Source: Oikopleura dioica
Lineage: Eukaryota; Animalia; Chordata
DNA: 64,000 bases
Direction of reading: 5' to 3'
Assembly (NCBI GenBank): GCA_907165135.1
Contig: OU015568.1
Span: 806,001 to 870,000 of the forward strand
Under the pieces are notes generated by a model, which was not told the DNA's origin, did not search any database, and saw nothing but the letters and a program-made list of their open reading frames with translations. The translations under genes were made by a program, and so were the position numbers. Below, piece after piece: positions 34,477 through 48,162 of the stretch (position 1 is its first letter; each line of letters begins with the position of its first letter).

Positions 34477-37400
34477 TAACTCTTAAAATCTTTTCTGGGT
34501 TAGGAGGGCAGTTCCCATTTAAGAATCTTTTTGTTTTTTTCTCCGAAGAAGCGTTTTAAATTCGAATTACAAGCCTCTCTACTGGCGGGTTCTAACATCT
34601 CGGAAGCACGTTTCTTCGATGTGGAAATTGCGGACAACGTAGAAACCTTTGCTGACAGCGCGCCGTGGAAATTTGGCTTGAGAAGTTTAAGCATCTTGCG
34701 TAAGAAAACGACGTCATTTAAGTCACTACTAATTGACTTGCAGGAACTTTCAAAGACATTCAACTCTTTTAATGCAAGAAAGTTCATTTGAATAACAATT
34801 TGTTTTTAGGAAATTACAAATCAAAGACACACATTAAATGTAGAGAATTATTTATTTTTCCTGTTATCCAAATACATGTAGAATATAATTAGGTTTCATT
34901 TCATACAATCAAATACTTTTTTCCTTGTTATCAATCAGATTTCAAGATTTCAAGATTTTTTTCTATAAGCTGCGAAATTACGGACGTAGACATTTTGGCA
35001 TCAGTATTATATTTGCTTCATTTTTAAAATTTTTCTTTTATTTTGGCAATCTTTGAGTAAGAGCGAGTTTTTATACCATACGAGCACCAGCCGAGCTGTG
35101 TCATCAATTTTCAATGTTCCAGATCCGGTAAACTCAATCAATTTCAATCGATATTTTTACAGAAAGCTTCAAACCAAGAATAATGATTACGGACCTTTCA
35201 CGTGAAACCAAGTTATTTATGATGATTAAAATTTGAAAATAACCGCAAGTCGTTTTTCCAACACATTTCCTTGCGTAAAGAGTACAGTTAAATGAATTAA
35301 AGATCGTGTTTATTTTTCATTTTTTATTGACAGGACAGTTTATTTTTTGGCATTTTTTCATCATGATTTCTTCTTTAAAGGTTGATCGCGTCTCAAGGAA
35401 AATGATGGCTGGAACAAGTTTGGACTAACTTTTAATGGTATCGTTTCATTTTAAAAATCACTCTTTCTTATTTAGCCGAGATTTGAGCAGACCAGAGTAT
35501 TTATAAGAGAAGAGCTCCTACTGTTAGCTAAGAAAAGCCAGCTGTTTAAATCAATTTCTAACGCATTTCCAATCGATTAATCTTCGAATAATCAAATAAT
35601 TTTTCGAAATATTTAACCTTCTTTAAAATCAAACGAAAATTGTCCGTCGGCTAGACATTGTCTCAAAAACCCTTGCTGGGAGAAAATCTGCTCGATGCGC
35701 AATGTTGCCGGAAATCTAGTGCTGGTTGAACTTGGTTGAATCCAACGCAACATGGATTTTCGCTGCGGTTACGAATAGAGGGACCGGAAGCTTTATTCGG
35801 CGAAGAGGACGCGCGATTTCACCCCGCGTTACGAGCAGGCCCTTGTCCAACCTAACACAAAGACGTTCTAACACGTGTTCACGAAATTTTTCTTCCGGGA
35901 AAATTTCTTCTCCAAGCATTTTTGGAGTTCATAGCTTTGTTGTCTTTTAGCATCTTTATCGCAGAATATTGGATAATGAAACAAACAATGAAGACAAAAC
36001 CAATTTATTGAAGTTCATTTTTCGATAACCAATAAGATTGCTGTATTTGGCCTACCGTCCAATCAAAACCCTGATCCATAAAATCACATCCATGAATTGG
36101 TTTAAGGAACATAAAATTCGAATCTTGGTTCGAAATTAAACCGACCCATTTTGATGAAGATAAGGACAAAAAAGTGGCTCATTTGAAATCTGATAATGAA
36201 AAAACATCTGTCGATTGCAATAAAAGCACAGCGTAACTTCTGCAAACGCCTTTATTAATAGAAAATAGAGACACAATATCCATATTTTTTTCAAATGAAT
36301 CACCTTCTGCTTGAATTCTTCTTTAAAACGATGCAGTTTTGATTTAATAAACTCTTGTAAGCAAAAAAATAAGAGTCCGTTTCCAAGGAAAAAGTATGAT
36401 TATAATTGCTCATTAGTCAGAAAATGACGCTCAAAGATGAACTCTCTGGACTCTATCCAGCGTTAACCTGTTAGAATCGTCAAGGACAAGGCTAGATATT
36501 CTTTTCAAAATTGACAGGGCTCATTACAAAGCCCACTTTTGCTGCGAAACGAATGCGACATATTGTTCTAAATCATTGTCCAGCTAGTCAAAATTAATTA
36601 ATCCAATGCTCGTTACCCATGTTAATCGACTTCGGCAACGGGTTAATCGCTTACGTGTAATGATCGTCTTCACGATGAAATTTTTAATAGAAGGATGATC
36701 TTTTTTGGCAAGCAAAATTTGAATTTCATCAAAAAAATCAAACTGGATTTCGAAATCATATAAAAATGGGTAGCCATTTTTCAAAATTCTCTTTTTCATG
36801 ATTTATGAATCCGTTAAATTGAGTTCATCCTTGATTTCGTTGACCTAGCAGTTTTTCAAAGTACTTGCCCTGCCCCCAGCGACTTGGAGACAAAAATGAA
36901 AACTTAGAGCTAAAAGCAGATCGAGAGATTTTACGAGTTGATAGAAAGACTTGATGATGAAGAATCAAAATAGGAAAAACTTCACAAAGATCACTTTCTT
37001 ATTTTCCTTCCTCAAAAACGTTTCCGCGAGGGGAAGAGGAATCGTACGAAGAAGGAATGGATCAGATGAAGGAGGCTTGCCTGGCTGGGTAAATTCTTTC
37101 TTTAACTTGATTAATTTCGATTGTAAAAGGTGATTTTCTTCGGCGGTCTTCTTTCCCTTGTGTTGTCGGCTTGGTTGATTGAAAAGTATTGCTGTAAGAA
37201 AACAAAAGAAAAGGAAAAAGGAGAGCCTGAGCTTTTAACAGTTGAATAAAAAATAGAAGACTCGAAATTGACTTCAAATTCTTGCGAGTTTTCATTGCGT
37301 CGATTAACAGAAAAGAAAGAAGATTGATCTAATTATACAAATTTCTTGCACAAGAAGAAAAAGACGAAAAAATCGCCGTAATTAGATATTCATAGCCTAT

Positions 37401-37620
37401 CAGTGCTGATTTAACAAGATTGAATTAAGATTCTGCTTCTCTCGCTTTCAAGAACTTGCCTTGTCAAGTTGATTAGGGCCGCCGCGTAACGATTAGCGCG
37501 GCAGGTGGCGCTGTTGAAATCGGCGATATAATTTTAGGAACGCTAGAAAATCGGGGAATCTGAGTTCTAGAGTGGATTTTGAGTCTGCAGAGAGAGAAAA
37601 GGAGCAGAATCGACGAGAGC

Positions 37621-39672
37621 ATGAAGATTCTTTCAATATTGGTAAACTTCATTTGATATTTAAATTTTGATTGGACCAAAAAGGCTCGAAACATGAATAT
37701 GATGCCTCAAAATTTCATCTCATTAAAAAAATTTCAGGCATTATCGTTGATAGAAGATATTAATGCTGGACGAAAGAAAAAGCTCGAAAGAAGAAAAGCT
37801 CTTGCAAAAGAGAAGATAAAGTTAGGGGCTTCTTATTTCGGAAAAAATCAAGCTAAACCCTAACCTAAGCCTGTTTTTCACCCTAACCCTAAGTTGTTAT
37901 CCATAAAAACCCCGGAAAAGATGCTGTTTTTGACAAAGAATCTATCGCGGCAGCTAATTTCAATTATTGCGGCAATTTTACGTCCACCTCTGGAGTTTTG
38001 GAGAGCGAGCATCCCTACAAGCCCGAGACAAGATGTAAGTGGTTCATCACAACTCCGCCGGGGACGAAAATAAAACTGACGCTCCTCAACCTCGACATCG
38101 AAGAAGAAAGATCAGACGATGGCCCAAAATGCTCAAATGTCGATATAACTCTTCCAAACTGCGATCCGCCGCTAGAGACTGAAAGTTGCGAGTGGGACTA
38201 TCTCCAGATTTTCGCCAAAGAAAAGGAGGAGGCGAAAATCTGCGCTTTGGTCGACCGAAATCGTAAATTTTTCAGAGCAGATTCAAAGTTTTTAGAATAT
38301 GACTACGAAGACGAAGGAGCTATTCCGTATGATTTTCTTTATGGAAAAGAGCTGGAAACGAACAATGTTGAGATTCGATTCGTGAGCGATGAGAAAGTAG
38401 AGTTTTATGGCTTTCGGCTCAAGTGGGAAATTTGGGAACACAGGGGTTGTGAAGGGATTAATGGATGTGATGAGAATGCGGACTGTAGGGATGTGAATGA
38501 CCAAGGAGAGTATGAGTGTAGCTGTAAAGAGGGGTTCGAAGGAGATGGGTTCTTTTGTAGAAGTGTTGAAATCAAGGAAGAGGATCTGAATCAAGATCGT
38601 GGACCGGCAGATTATCAAGCGCGATTTGTTCTTGGCGGATTTGATGATGATTATTCAGGAATGAGATTTCACATCTGCAAATATTCTTATGTACAAGGAG
38701 AGAAATGTAATGTCAAAATTATAGTAAACATGATTAAATATTATCGATAGACTGCAAGTAAAAAAATTATAAATACAACAAATTCAAACAATACTTATGG
38801 TTTCTCGCTGAAATCTCATCAAAGCAAAATTCATCTCCGAAGACTATTCTGCTCGATATGTTCCTCCTCAAGTTGACATGGACTCATCTGATAGTCCTGA
38901 TGATGCGGAAACTAACTATGATGATTACGACTATGCTCCAAAAGCTCGACCTCCAGTCAAAAACGATGATGTCGACTATTCAGCCCGAGAGTCAGAAGTC
39001 ATGATGAGCGAGCTCAATTCTCTCCAAGAAGAACAGAGCAGTCCAGCTGGTCCCGGGGGACCAGGAGGCCCAGGTGGATTTTCAAGGCCGATGGTGGATA
39101 TCAGCCCGAGCAATTTAAACCTCGTTACACAAGGGATGATGACAATAAGTCCCCCTAGTGTCGAAACTATGCCTAATTTGATAATTCCCAAAAATGAAAC
39201 ACAGGTAGAAAAGGGCTTCTTTCCAGGAATAAAGACCCTAAATGAAGACCCAGTCAATTATTACATCAATCTGCAAATCGCTTTTGAGCAAGCTACCGAG
39301 AGAATTCTCGGTGGCCGCGTTTCTCAGTGGAGAAATCGACCTTTTTTGGTCAAGAAAATGATCGTCAGGATCAAAAGCACGATCAAAAAGACCTTCTTTT
39401 ACGTCAAAGGGCCTTGTGATGTGTCCTTAGAGGACCAAACTTCTGGCGAATTCTTCGCTCAAACGGAGCAGAAAGTTCAAACCGTGGAGAAACTCGGAGA
39501 GCTGAGGGGCCTTTTCGCGGAGTTTGCTGCTGAACGCTTCAGAAAAGTAAGAAAAGTCCTGTTCATTCTGTCAAGAATTTTGTTTTAGGCAAGATGCAGG
39601 GGAAGATCAAAGAAAATCCTCGGCCGAATAAACAGGCTCCTCAGCTGGGCCGGGAAAATGTCCTCGAGATAA
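37621..39672 (+). CDS. Secreted CUB + EGF domain protein with acidic/low-complexity C-terminal region (ORF 38878-39588 probably the same gene)
   Basis: MKILSIL|ALS signal; CUB YCGNFTSTSGVLES...CKWFI...CEWDYLQI...IRFVSD...GFRLKW; EGF CDENADC...CSCKEGFEGDGFFC. The link to the downstream ORF needs an unverified GA donor. Confidence 0.8.
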
Positions 39673-39895
39673 GTTTCCACCTTTTTTTTCTGTAAATATG
39701 CTGTAAAAATCTACATTTTTCTGAATAAACTATCCTTCGTTAACATAATTTCTACAAGATATTTTCTGAGAGCGCTTTATTAGAGGATTTAATCAGGATT
39801 GTGAAGTAATTTTCTTCAAGATTCCAGAGCAATTAGTTGTGAAAAGAGCCAGAAAAGCGTAAAGAAACTCCTTTGATTCTTTTCATTTTTCTCTT

Positions 39896-40663
39896 TTAGT
39901 AGCCAGTAGCCGGGTAAGTCTCCTCACCAGTGTACGCCCATTCCACTCGAGTAGTTGGGTACCACCATTCGGGTTCTTTGACGCAATTGTCCGAGTCGCA
40001 ACATTGCCGGCAAACGGAATGAGTGTAGCCCGCCTCAGGTCGGCACTGCGTGTAGTGGGGGTTAGGGTTGCGGAAGTTATTGTTCATGTTGTTTTTGCAA
40101 GCGTCGGTCGATTTGCAGCCGGTGCGGATTTGCATGATCACTCCTTGGCGCTGGCGGATTTCGAGCTCGCAGGATTTTTCGTTGGCTTGGCACATCTAGA
40201 AAATAACTATTAAAATCTATCAGAGGTCATGGTAAATCAGAAATTCGAAAATATTTTTCATTTAGAAAATATTTTTAAAAATTCATTTTGACAAATATTT
40301 TCGTTGAGTTATGGTTTCTTGAAAAAAAATTGAAAAACTTACAACTTCTCGTCCAGAAGTTCCGCAAAGCTCAAAGCTATCAGCATCGCAAGTCCAGCAC
40401 TTGAGTGGCGTGGCATAAACTGGGCTTCCGTAAGCTCCGTAGTTGCCGCTCGCACTTGGGTTTTTCAAGTTTTGCTGGCTCGTTTGCTGAAATTGCTGCT
40501 GCTGCTGTTGATGGTGGTTTTGTTGTTGGTGAGCTTGGCTGTTGAAGTTCATGTTGTTGTTTTGAGCTGGGGCCGGGTTGCTGTTGGACATCGAGGCCAG
40601 CTGGGCAATGGCTTCGTGGTGGGCGCCATTGGCAAGAGCGAGGATAGTGGTGAAAAGCTTCAT
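39896..40663 (-). CDS. Secreted Ly6/uPAR (three-finger)-like protein with Q/N-rich N-terminus
   Basis: Signal MKLFTTILALANG; CWTC...C...CQANEKSC...TGC...AC...CRQCCDSDNC; one intron. Confidence 0.75.
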
Positions 40664-41061
40664 TTTTCTGAGAAAAAAATTGGAAAAGGGGATACTCGAT
40701 TATTTCAAGTTTCTGATTCGGAAAGAAAGAAGAGAGACTTTATAGGTAAGATGTGGAAAGTTGACATTTTCGGAAGTAGCGCGGTCAATTAATCGCGAAT
40801 TCGGGACCTTCAAAATTACATGATCGGTAAGCAGAAAAGGTGAAATTGAGAATTTCTCGACAGTCGCACCAATCATCGGCTTCTTCAGTGAATCTTTTTT
40901 CTGCTGTAATCAAACTCATTCAAATATGACCTGAAGAGTTTCGTCATAAATAGTTGCATCGTTTATTATACGATGACTTTTGCGAACCTGCGGCCAGATT
41001 ATATTTAACCCGACGCTGGGAAAGATAAGACCTTTCGTCAGTCTAAAGAGAAATCTCAGAG

Positions 41062-43826
41062 ATGGCGAATCTTTCACCAAATGTCGCGGGCTTAGGTACA
41101 GTACTTTCCGGGACTTGAATTGATTCTCATTAGCGAATGTGCCGAATATCTCCTGTACAACAAGTCCAACTTATACTTCAATCAAGAACGCATTTAACTT
41201 GGCATTTGGTCCGACAAATACTGGAAAAGGAAAGGCTAATTAAAATTCATCCTTGTAATAAACGAGGAAGCACAAGCATCATAACTAACCCAACATAATA
41301 TCATGCGAGTTCTTGATGATTATGGGTGCAATCCATGCGTGATAATCATGATTATTTTTCCTTTATAATGATCTCTATTGAAAGACTCTTTGAAGATCAA
41401 AGTTTGATTGATCAATGATAGACTTTTTCTCCAGTCTGGGAGAATTTAGTAGTCTTTTCAAAAAGACCTTTTTGATGTTTTTAATTAGCCAGCATTTTGA
41501 AAATTTCGGCGTCAATCCCGACTGCACCGACTTTGGTCCGATCCGTCAAAAGTACCCGCAAGGTGTTGCCGCTTCCTCTGGCGGGAGCGGTTTTTACTGG
41601 CAACTGACTGACTCTGGCAACGATTTTCGAGAGTCGTTGACATTCAAGTATCAAGTAAAGTTCGAAGATGGTTTCGAGTTTGTCAAGGGCGGCAAGTTAC
41701 CCGGCATCTACGGCGGCTCATCCGGCTGTGGAGGTGGAGCAAATGCAGCAGAACTCGGCTGTTTTTCGACTCGATTGATGTGGCGAGCAAATGGGGCTGG
41801 GGAAGTTTATCTTTACGCTCCTTACGATCAAGCTGATGGTTTTTGCGACCGGCCGAATTATCACTGTAACTTTGACTATGGAAATTCTATCGATAGAGGG
41901 TCCTTTTCTTTTACGCCTGGGCAGTGGTATCAGATCGAAGAAAGAGTAAAGGAAGGAGCTTAAATTAACACTGAAGAATCTTCACCGAAGATTGAAGATT
42001 TTAGGAAATTATAGAAGTTAAAAAGATTAAATTTTAAATCAGTAAGATAATTGCTTTAAAAAGCTCAGATAAAAGCTAAACACAGCCGGCTCTCTTGATG
42101 GTACTCTTATGCTATTTGTGGATAACATTCTCAGGATAAACCTCAACGACGTCAATTACCGAGTCGATCCTCTTTTGAAAATACATGGGGGCCAGTACTC
42201 GACTTTTTTCGGCGGTTCTTCTGCAGAATGGGCTCCGGTAAAGGACGAATATGCCCAGTTCCGAAACTTCGAATTTGCCGAGTTTTCTGATTCGCTTGAT
42301 CCAATCGTTGTCGATCCAACACGATGCGATAGAGAAGCGAATTCATGTCATAAAGCGGCAGAATGCGTTATTGAAAATGGAAGCAACATTTGCCGCTGTG
42401 TTGATGGCTGGACGGGCGATGGGACGATTTGTGTTGAAAATCCAACTTGTGAGAATATGCCTTGCCATGAGTTTGGACACTGCTCGATGAGAGATAATGT
42501 TCCGATTTGCTTTTGTAACGACGGATTTGCAGGAGATGGGTTTGCATGCGGAAATGGGGAGACAAGGAAAGGGTTTATGTTTGTTGATGGTTAGTTTGAT
42601 TGATCATTTCGATGATAAAGATTTTAAAATCGCCTAATTTTTTATAAAACATGGAAAAAAAATTCACCAGTATGCAAAGAATAAAAATAAATCTATTTAA
42701 AAATCAGAAGGTTTCTTATGGTTTCAACAATTTTTTCTTCAGAAATTTCCTGCGACGTTGAACCAACCTACACCGCAATCCGCGAAGCTTTCAATCTCCC
42801 CGGCAATCCTGGCAGCACCGGCCGTGACAACCTAGGCAAGCTCGAAACTTGCCCCGATGGCGAAACCACTCCAATCCGTCAACTTTACCCCCAAGGGGTT
42901 GCTGGCGGAGCGGGCGGAAGTTATTTCTACTGGGAGCTGCCCGCTGCTGGCGAGGACTACAGAGAGTCGCTTTCTTTTAAATACGATGTGATGTTCGAAG
43001 ATGGATTTGAGTTCGTCAAGGGTGGAAAGCTCCCAGGCCTCTTTGGTGGGAAAACTGGATGTTCGGGAGGAGCAGATGCTGCGGTGAAAGGCTGTTTTTC
43101 CACAAGACTGATGTGGAGAACCGGAGGCGAGGGAGAACTCTATCTCTACGCTCCCTACAATCAGGCCGATGGTTTCTGCGACCGAGAAGGCTACCACTGT
43201 AATTTTGATTACGGCCATTCCGTCCAGCGAGGAGCTTGGACCTTTGTCCCGGGAACTTGGTACAAAATCGAGCAGCGAGTTCATTTGAATACTGCCGGCA
43301 ATCTTGATGGGAAGATTAAGATTCTTGTGGATGATCAGCTTGTCCTCAGCCTCGATGATGTTAATTACAGAGAAGGAACAGGGATCAAGAAGTATTTTTT
43401 AATAAGTAACCCGATTTTAGACACTTCGCTTAGATAAGCATGCGTAACAAAGTTCTAAAAGTACCTCTCCATATAATCTCGATTCTTACATCAGTCGACA
43501 CTATTAAAATCAACGGCGCTCATTACAGCACCTTTTTCGGAGGATCTAGTAGCTCGTGGGCTCCTGTGAAGGATGAATACGCGCAGTTTCGAAATTTCGA
43601 GTTCAGCGAATATCTCGACTCGGATCGCGCCGCAGTTTCAGCCTCAAAGCATTGCGACAGGAAAGGATTTGAATTTTAATACTCAATAAGAAGGTTCCCA
43701 AGCTCAGAAGATTCTTCCTCAAATAATTCTTAAATAGGTTTTTAAATGGTTGCCAAGAAAATGAGGTGTGCTTGGAAATGGCTTCAGGAGACACTTGTGT
43801 TTGCCACACGGATTGTATCAACGATC
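41062..43826 (+). CDS. Tandem polysaccharide lyase family 14 (alginate-lyase-like) protein: PL14-EGF-EGF-PL14-EGF-like; ends uncertain
   Basis: Two domains, each with FEFVKGGKLPG, CFSTRLMWR, YLYAP, W..IE.RV and YSTFFGG..WAP; interleaved EGF-like Cys patterns. Confidence 0.85.
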
Positions 43827-44630
43827 GTAAGTAGCTGCGATATGCGTAAATACATATCATCATATGTATATCATGCTATTTATAGAAGCGTTCCAAGATG
43901 TATATTTGTCTTATATAACACATTATAACATATAATTATCCAGAACAAATTATTCAAAATAAATTGATCGGATCACTGAATCCTTGAATCCTTTATCAAT
44001 CAATGGATGTCAAACGAGCTCAGTTTGATTGAGTTTGTTACAATATCCTTACATCCAATTGATGGTATAATGATTGTAATACAATCATTGTATCATTAAG
44101 AAAAGGAAAGAAATAGTCTTTCTTCATGTTCTGCTCGTTTTTTTTCACTTCAATGAACATTGGCTAATTGGCTAATCAATCAAATGATAAAACAATATTT
44201 CGTTTTCTTTCTGGCGAAAACAATTTAGCCGGTTCTTTTTTGGCCTCACAAGCAACTTATTCTTGACTCAGATGAAGAAAGAGAGTATGAGTTAATTCAC
44301 GTGATATCCGAACTGGTATAGAGCAAGAAGTACTACTACCTAAGGTGTTCCAATTATCTTACAATTAATTCAAGGAGGGAGATGATCAAGAGCCGTGATA
44401 CGATGTAAGTAGATCTTTAATTTATTCTACAAGCGTTATTAATAGAGTCTTGATTATAATTCGAGTATTCTCGAAAGACGCCAATCAAGAAGAAATATAA
44501 ATGCTTAACTTACTGTTTTTCATTGGAAAGGATTTTTATTTTCTCAAGAAGAGAATAAATTTTCAATTATGCCGATATTTTATCGCACATATCAGCGAAT
44601 GCATTCCAAGCTACCGCGAGACAAAAGTTT

Positions 44631-44703
44631 TACCCTACCCGGGACTCGAACCCGGAACCTCTGGATTAGAAGTCCAGCGCGCTATCCATTGCGCCAGCAA
44701 GGC
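44631..44703 (-). tRNA. tRNA-Arg(TCT)
   Basis: 73-nt cloverleaf, anticodon loop CTTCTAA, T-loop GGTTCGAGTCC. Confidence 0.93.
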
Positions 44704-45299
44704 ATGTCCCTCGCCGCTAATTCGGGGGATTTGATTCTTGCTACTTTCAGCTTACCAGGTGTGGAATCCGCCTTACCGACTCTTTTCTGGCTATTCAGAT
44801 AAAATTATGAATTAGAATGTTTATTTTTCGAAAAAATGTACTCATGACTTGAAATAAAGGATCATTAACGATATTATTTATAGAATTTTAACGAAGAATC
44901 ATATTTCCAATTTGAACAAATTAATTTTCTTTATCAAATAATTCGTGAAATCAATAAAGTATTTTTTAATAATTCTCTCAAAAAGTTGTTTTTATACAAG
45001 CAAAGCAAAAACTCGCGATGAAAGAAGAATGTGGAAACGACCGGTAGAAAAAAAGGTTGAAAGGGCCGCGGGCGGTTTTCTTGACAGGCCTAGGTCATAT
45101 TCCACGAGAATTTTGTACATCAACACTACAATCAAAATTTTGATTGATTGACTTTTTTGATAAAATGAAACTTTAGTAAAGCGAATTAAATTGGAAGTAA
45201 TAAGAAATACATAATTTTTGAAAAATGATGTAAGTTTTAAAAAGAGAAAAAATCGAAGAAAATATTTCGAAAAGAAAATTACATTTATTTTTCAGTCGG

Positions 45300-47903
45300 A
45301 TGCAGAGAATATTTCGCCTCTTCGCGACGCCCTTAGTCGTGACCTTTTTCGTCATTTATTATAAAGAAGCTACATATGATCGAAACACCAAGGACTTCAG
45401 CTTTGATCCAATTCCTGACTCCGTAACAGTCGATACTCATGGAATCGCGGAGAACTTTGGGATCAATCCGGGCCCAGAAAAGAAGGAAAAGAAGAAAGAT
45501 GATGGTTTTGCGAGAGTTCAGGGAAGGAGTTAAACATTTCTAGTAGTAGGAGCCTTACTCATCGAATGAATTTTCTTTTGACGCAAAAATAACGGTCTGA
45601 TAACTTAAATTGCTCGACTATGGCGTGACGTAAAAGTCTGGACTTATGACGAGAGCCCCTTTTTTTAAGAAATAGTTACTAAGCAAAAGACGTAGTAAAG
45701 AAAGATGTTCCAACTCCGGGAAAAGGGGCAATTGGTTGAGCACGGGATGATGGATATGTCGGATGTAAATGTCAACGTGAAGGAAAAAATGGTACTGGAA
45801 GATAAACCTTTCAAAGTTGGCCTTTCCGAGAATGTGGATTACGCTGACGGTGTCTCATTTCCCACAGTGGAGGAGCTGGATTTAACTGTCGAGCAGAAAC
45901 AAAACCTGAGCAGTTTCCTCCATTCGCCGATGAACAGAAGAAGGCAGAAAAAACATGGGCAGGAAATTCCAAAAAGACGGTGGCCAGATCTGATCATTAC
46001 TGGTGCGAAGAAATGTGGAACGACGGCGTTGAAGATTTTTATGAACTATCATCCGACTTTTCAGGAACGTATTTACAAATTTTCTAGTGGAGGTATTATA
46101 AGTAATCGACGATACTGTATCGTTGATACTGTTTCTCGTTGATACTGTTTCGTTGATACTACTCTAAATTCGGTAAACCGAGAAACTAAAAATCTGTGAC
46201 TTTTAATTTTGAAATAGGTCTTATGGTTTCCTATGAAGTAATTTAATCTTTGACACTAACGAATTTTCAAAATACGAAAAAAGGACAAACCCGGCGAGCG
46301 TCATTTCTTCAATCGAGCCCCTAATTGGAAAAAAGGCTACTCTTGGTATTTGAGTGAGATGCCGCTTACTTACGATGATGAGGTACTGACTTTAATTGAT
46401 GTTGTATCTATCATTTTATCTTTGTTAATTTTAAGAAAAATTGGCAGATAGACAATGTTGTTTTTGAGAGATATTATATCATATATACATTTGATATTAT
46501 TCGATATTGAAAAAATTTCTCCTTTGTCAAGCTTTGATCAATCAACCCGGCTCAAAAATATTCTTTAGGTTTGCTACGAGAAAACTCCGGACTACTTCGA
46601 TCGACCATTTGTTCCAGAAAGAATGAAAGAACTACCGAACTCCGACAAAGTCAAGTTTATTCATGTCCTTTGCGATCCGGTCAGGAGAAGCTTTTCGCAC
46701 TTTTTGCATATGTTCACTGTTCAAGGTACAGTTTTATGAATGGATGCAGAAGTTTGATCTTGTTTTTAGAGCATGGAGAATGGGCGACAGGAGGATTCGA
46801 ATTTTTGTCCAAAAATTTCGGAGACATGCCGAAAGAACAAGCCTTTGGGGAAACGATTGAAATGGCCTTCAAAAATCTCCTCAACGGGAAAGAACTAATG
46901 ACACTATCAGATGACGAGATCAGATCTGCTGTCCGAGAATATTTCACCAAGTAAGTATACAAGTAGCTCATCATTGTTCCATACCAAAGTTATCAGACTC
47001 ATAGTATGAACTCATACCATTGGTGATAAGGCTTATCGCGCCGGAGGGCATGTCCCACATGGTCTAGGGGTAAGGATTTCGGATTTTCACTCCGACGGCC
47101 CGGGTTCGATTCCCGGTGTGGGAGGACTTTTTCGATTTTGAGAGGAGAAAAATTAAGAATAAGAGGGAAAAATTGATCAAAATGATATTTTATTGGGTTT
47201 CCTCAATTGATTTCAAAAACACTTTATCTCAGAATCGAAAAAGTGCTCCCACACCGGGAATCGAACCCGGGCCGTCGGAGTGAAAATCCGAAATCCTAAC
47301 CCCTAGACCATGTGGGACATGCCCCTACGGCGCGATAAGCCTTATCACCACTACTCATTTCTCAATTTTCAGATGGGACTTGAAGCCTGGCGATCCGAAT
47401 CGCGTCTTTCCACTCCGAATCCCTGACGCAATCCTTACTGGAAGTTTGTACTCGGTTCATATTTCCACTTATCTCCATTATTTTACTCAAGGTAATAAAT
47501 ATTTTCGTGACGAAGGGGAGGGGCAATTTCAAATTCAGATCGAATGCTATATCTTGACGCGACGGAGCTGATCGAAAATCCTGGAAAAAGTCTCCGACGA
47601 GTAGCTCAATTTATGAACGTACCGGCAACTATCGACGAGAACAACTTTTACTTTGACGAGCAAAAAGGTCAGTGGCAGGTCTTCTCGACAGCTAACATCA
47701 ATCATTTGTTAGGTTATTACTGCATGACGCCGCCAGTTGAGTCAGGACGTGCTTCATTCTGTCTCGGTTCTGAAAAAGGTCGCTCAAAGGACAAGGTGCT
47801 TCCCGACGAGTTGAAGAACCGAATACGGCGCTTTTACAAGCCGTTTTTAGAAGATCTAACGAACAAGTATTCCGGCGATAATTATGATCACTGGGACTGG
47901 TAG
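45300..47903 (+). CDS. Heparan sulfate 3-O-sulfotransferase-like type II membrane protein
   Basis: N-terminal TM segment; PDLIITGAKKCGTTAL (5'-PSB), ERHFF, YEKTPDYF, LCDPVRRSFS (3'-PB) and CLGSEKGR. Confidence 0.9.
47053..47124 (+). tRNA. tRNA-Glu(TTC), intronic, left copy
   Basis: 72-nt cloverleaf, anticodon loop TTTTCAC, downstream T-run. Confidence 0.93.
47246..47317 (-). tRNA. tRNA-Glu(TTC), intronic, right copy (inverted)
   Basis: Reverse complement of the left copy with one D-loop difference. Confidence 0.93.
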
Positions 47904-48162
47904 AATCCTATCTTACTTATTTAAAGAAAATACTATTATTAAACTGCCATTACCAATTTTATTATTTAATTCTAGATTTCTGTCACGGATATCGACAATA
48001 CTGTATTGTGATATTGTTCATAAAGCATTTAGAAATAAACCTATATATACACAAAAATAAGATACCGACTATTTCAGACTCAAAACCCGAAAAGCGCCGC
48101 CACTAAGGCTTTCCGGGGCTTTGATTGGCTGACCAGGCTTATTCTTTTTTATTCTAGAAAAT

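Noticed and set aside
34169-34486. ORF encoding SPAQP repeats
   Set aside because: It is the translation of the (CCCAG)n microsatellite; there is no independent coding evidence.
33960-37300. Protein-like minus-strand ORFs (34500-34787, 35716-35919, 36584-36799, 37062-37295)
   Set aside because: There may be one or two real genes, but I could not splice them into a consistent model or recognise a domain.
46110-46165. Short GTTGATACTG-type tandem repeats in an HS3ST-like intron
   Set aside because: A degenerate minisatellite of about four units; ordinary.
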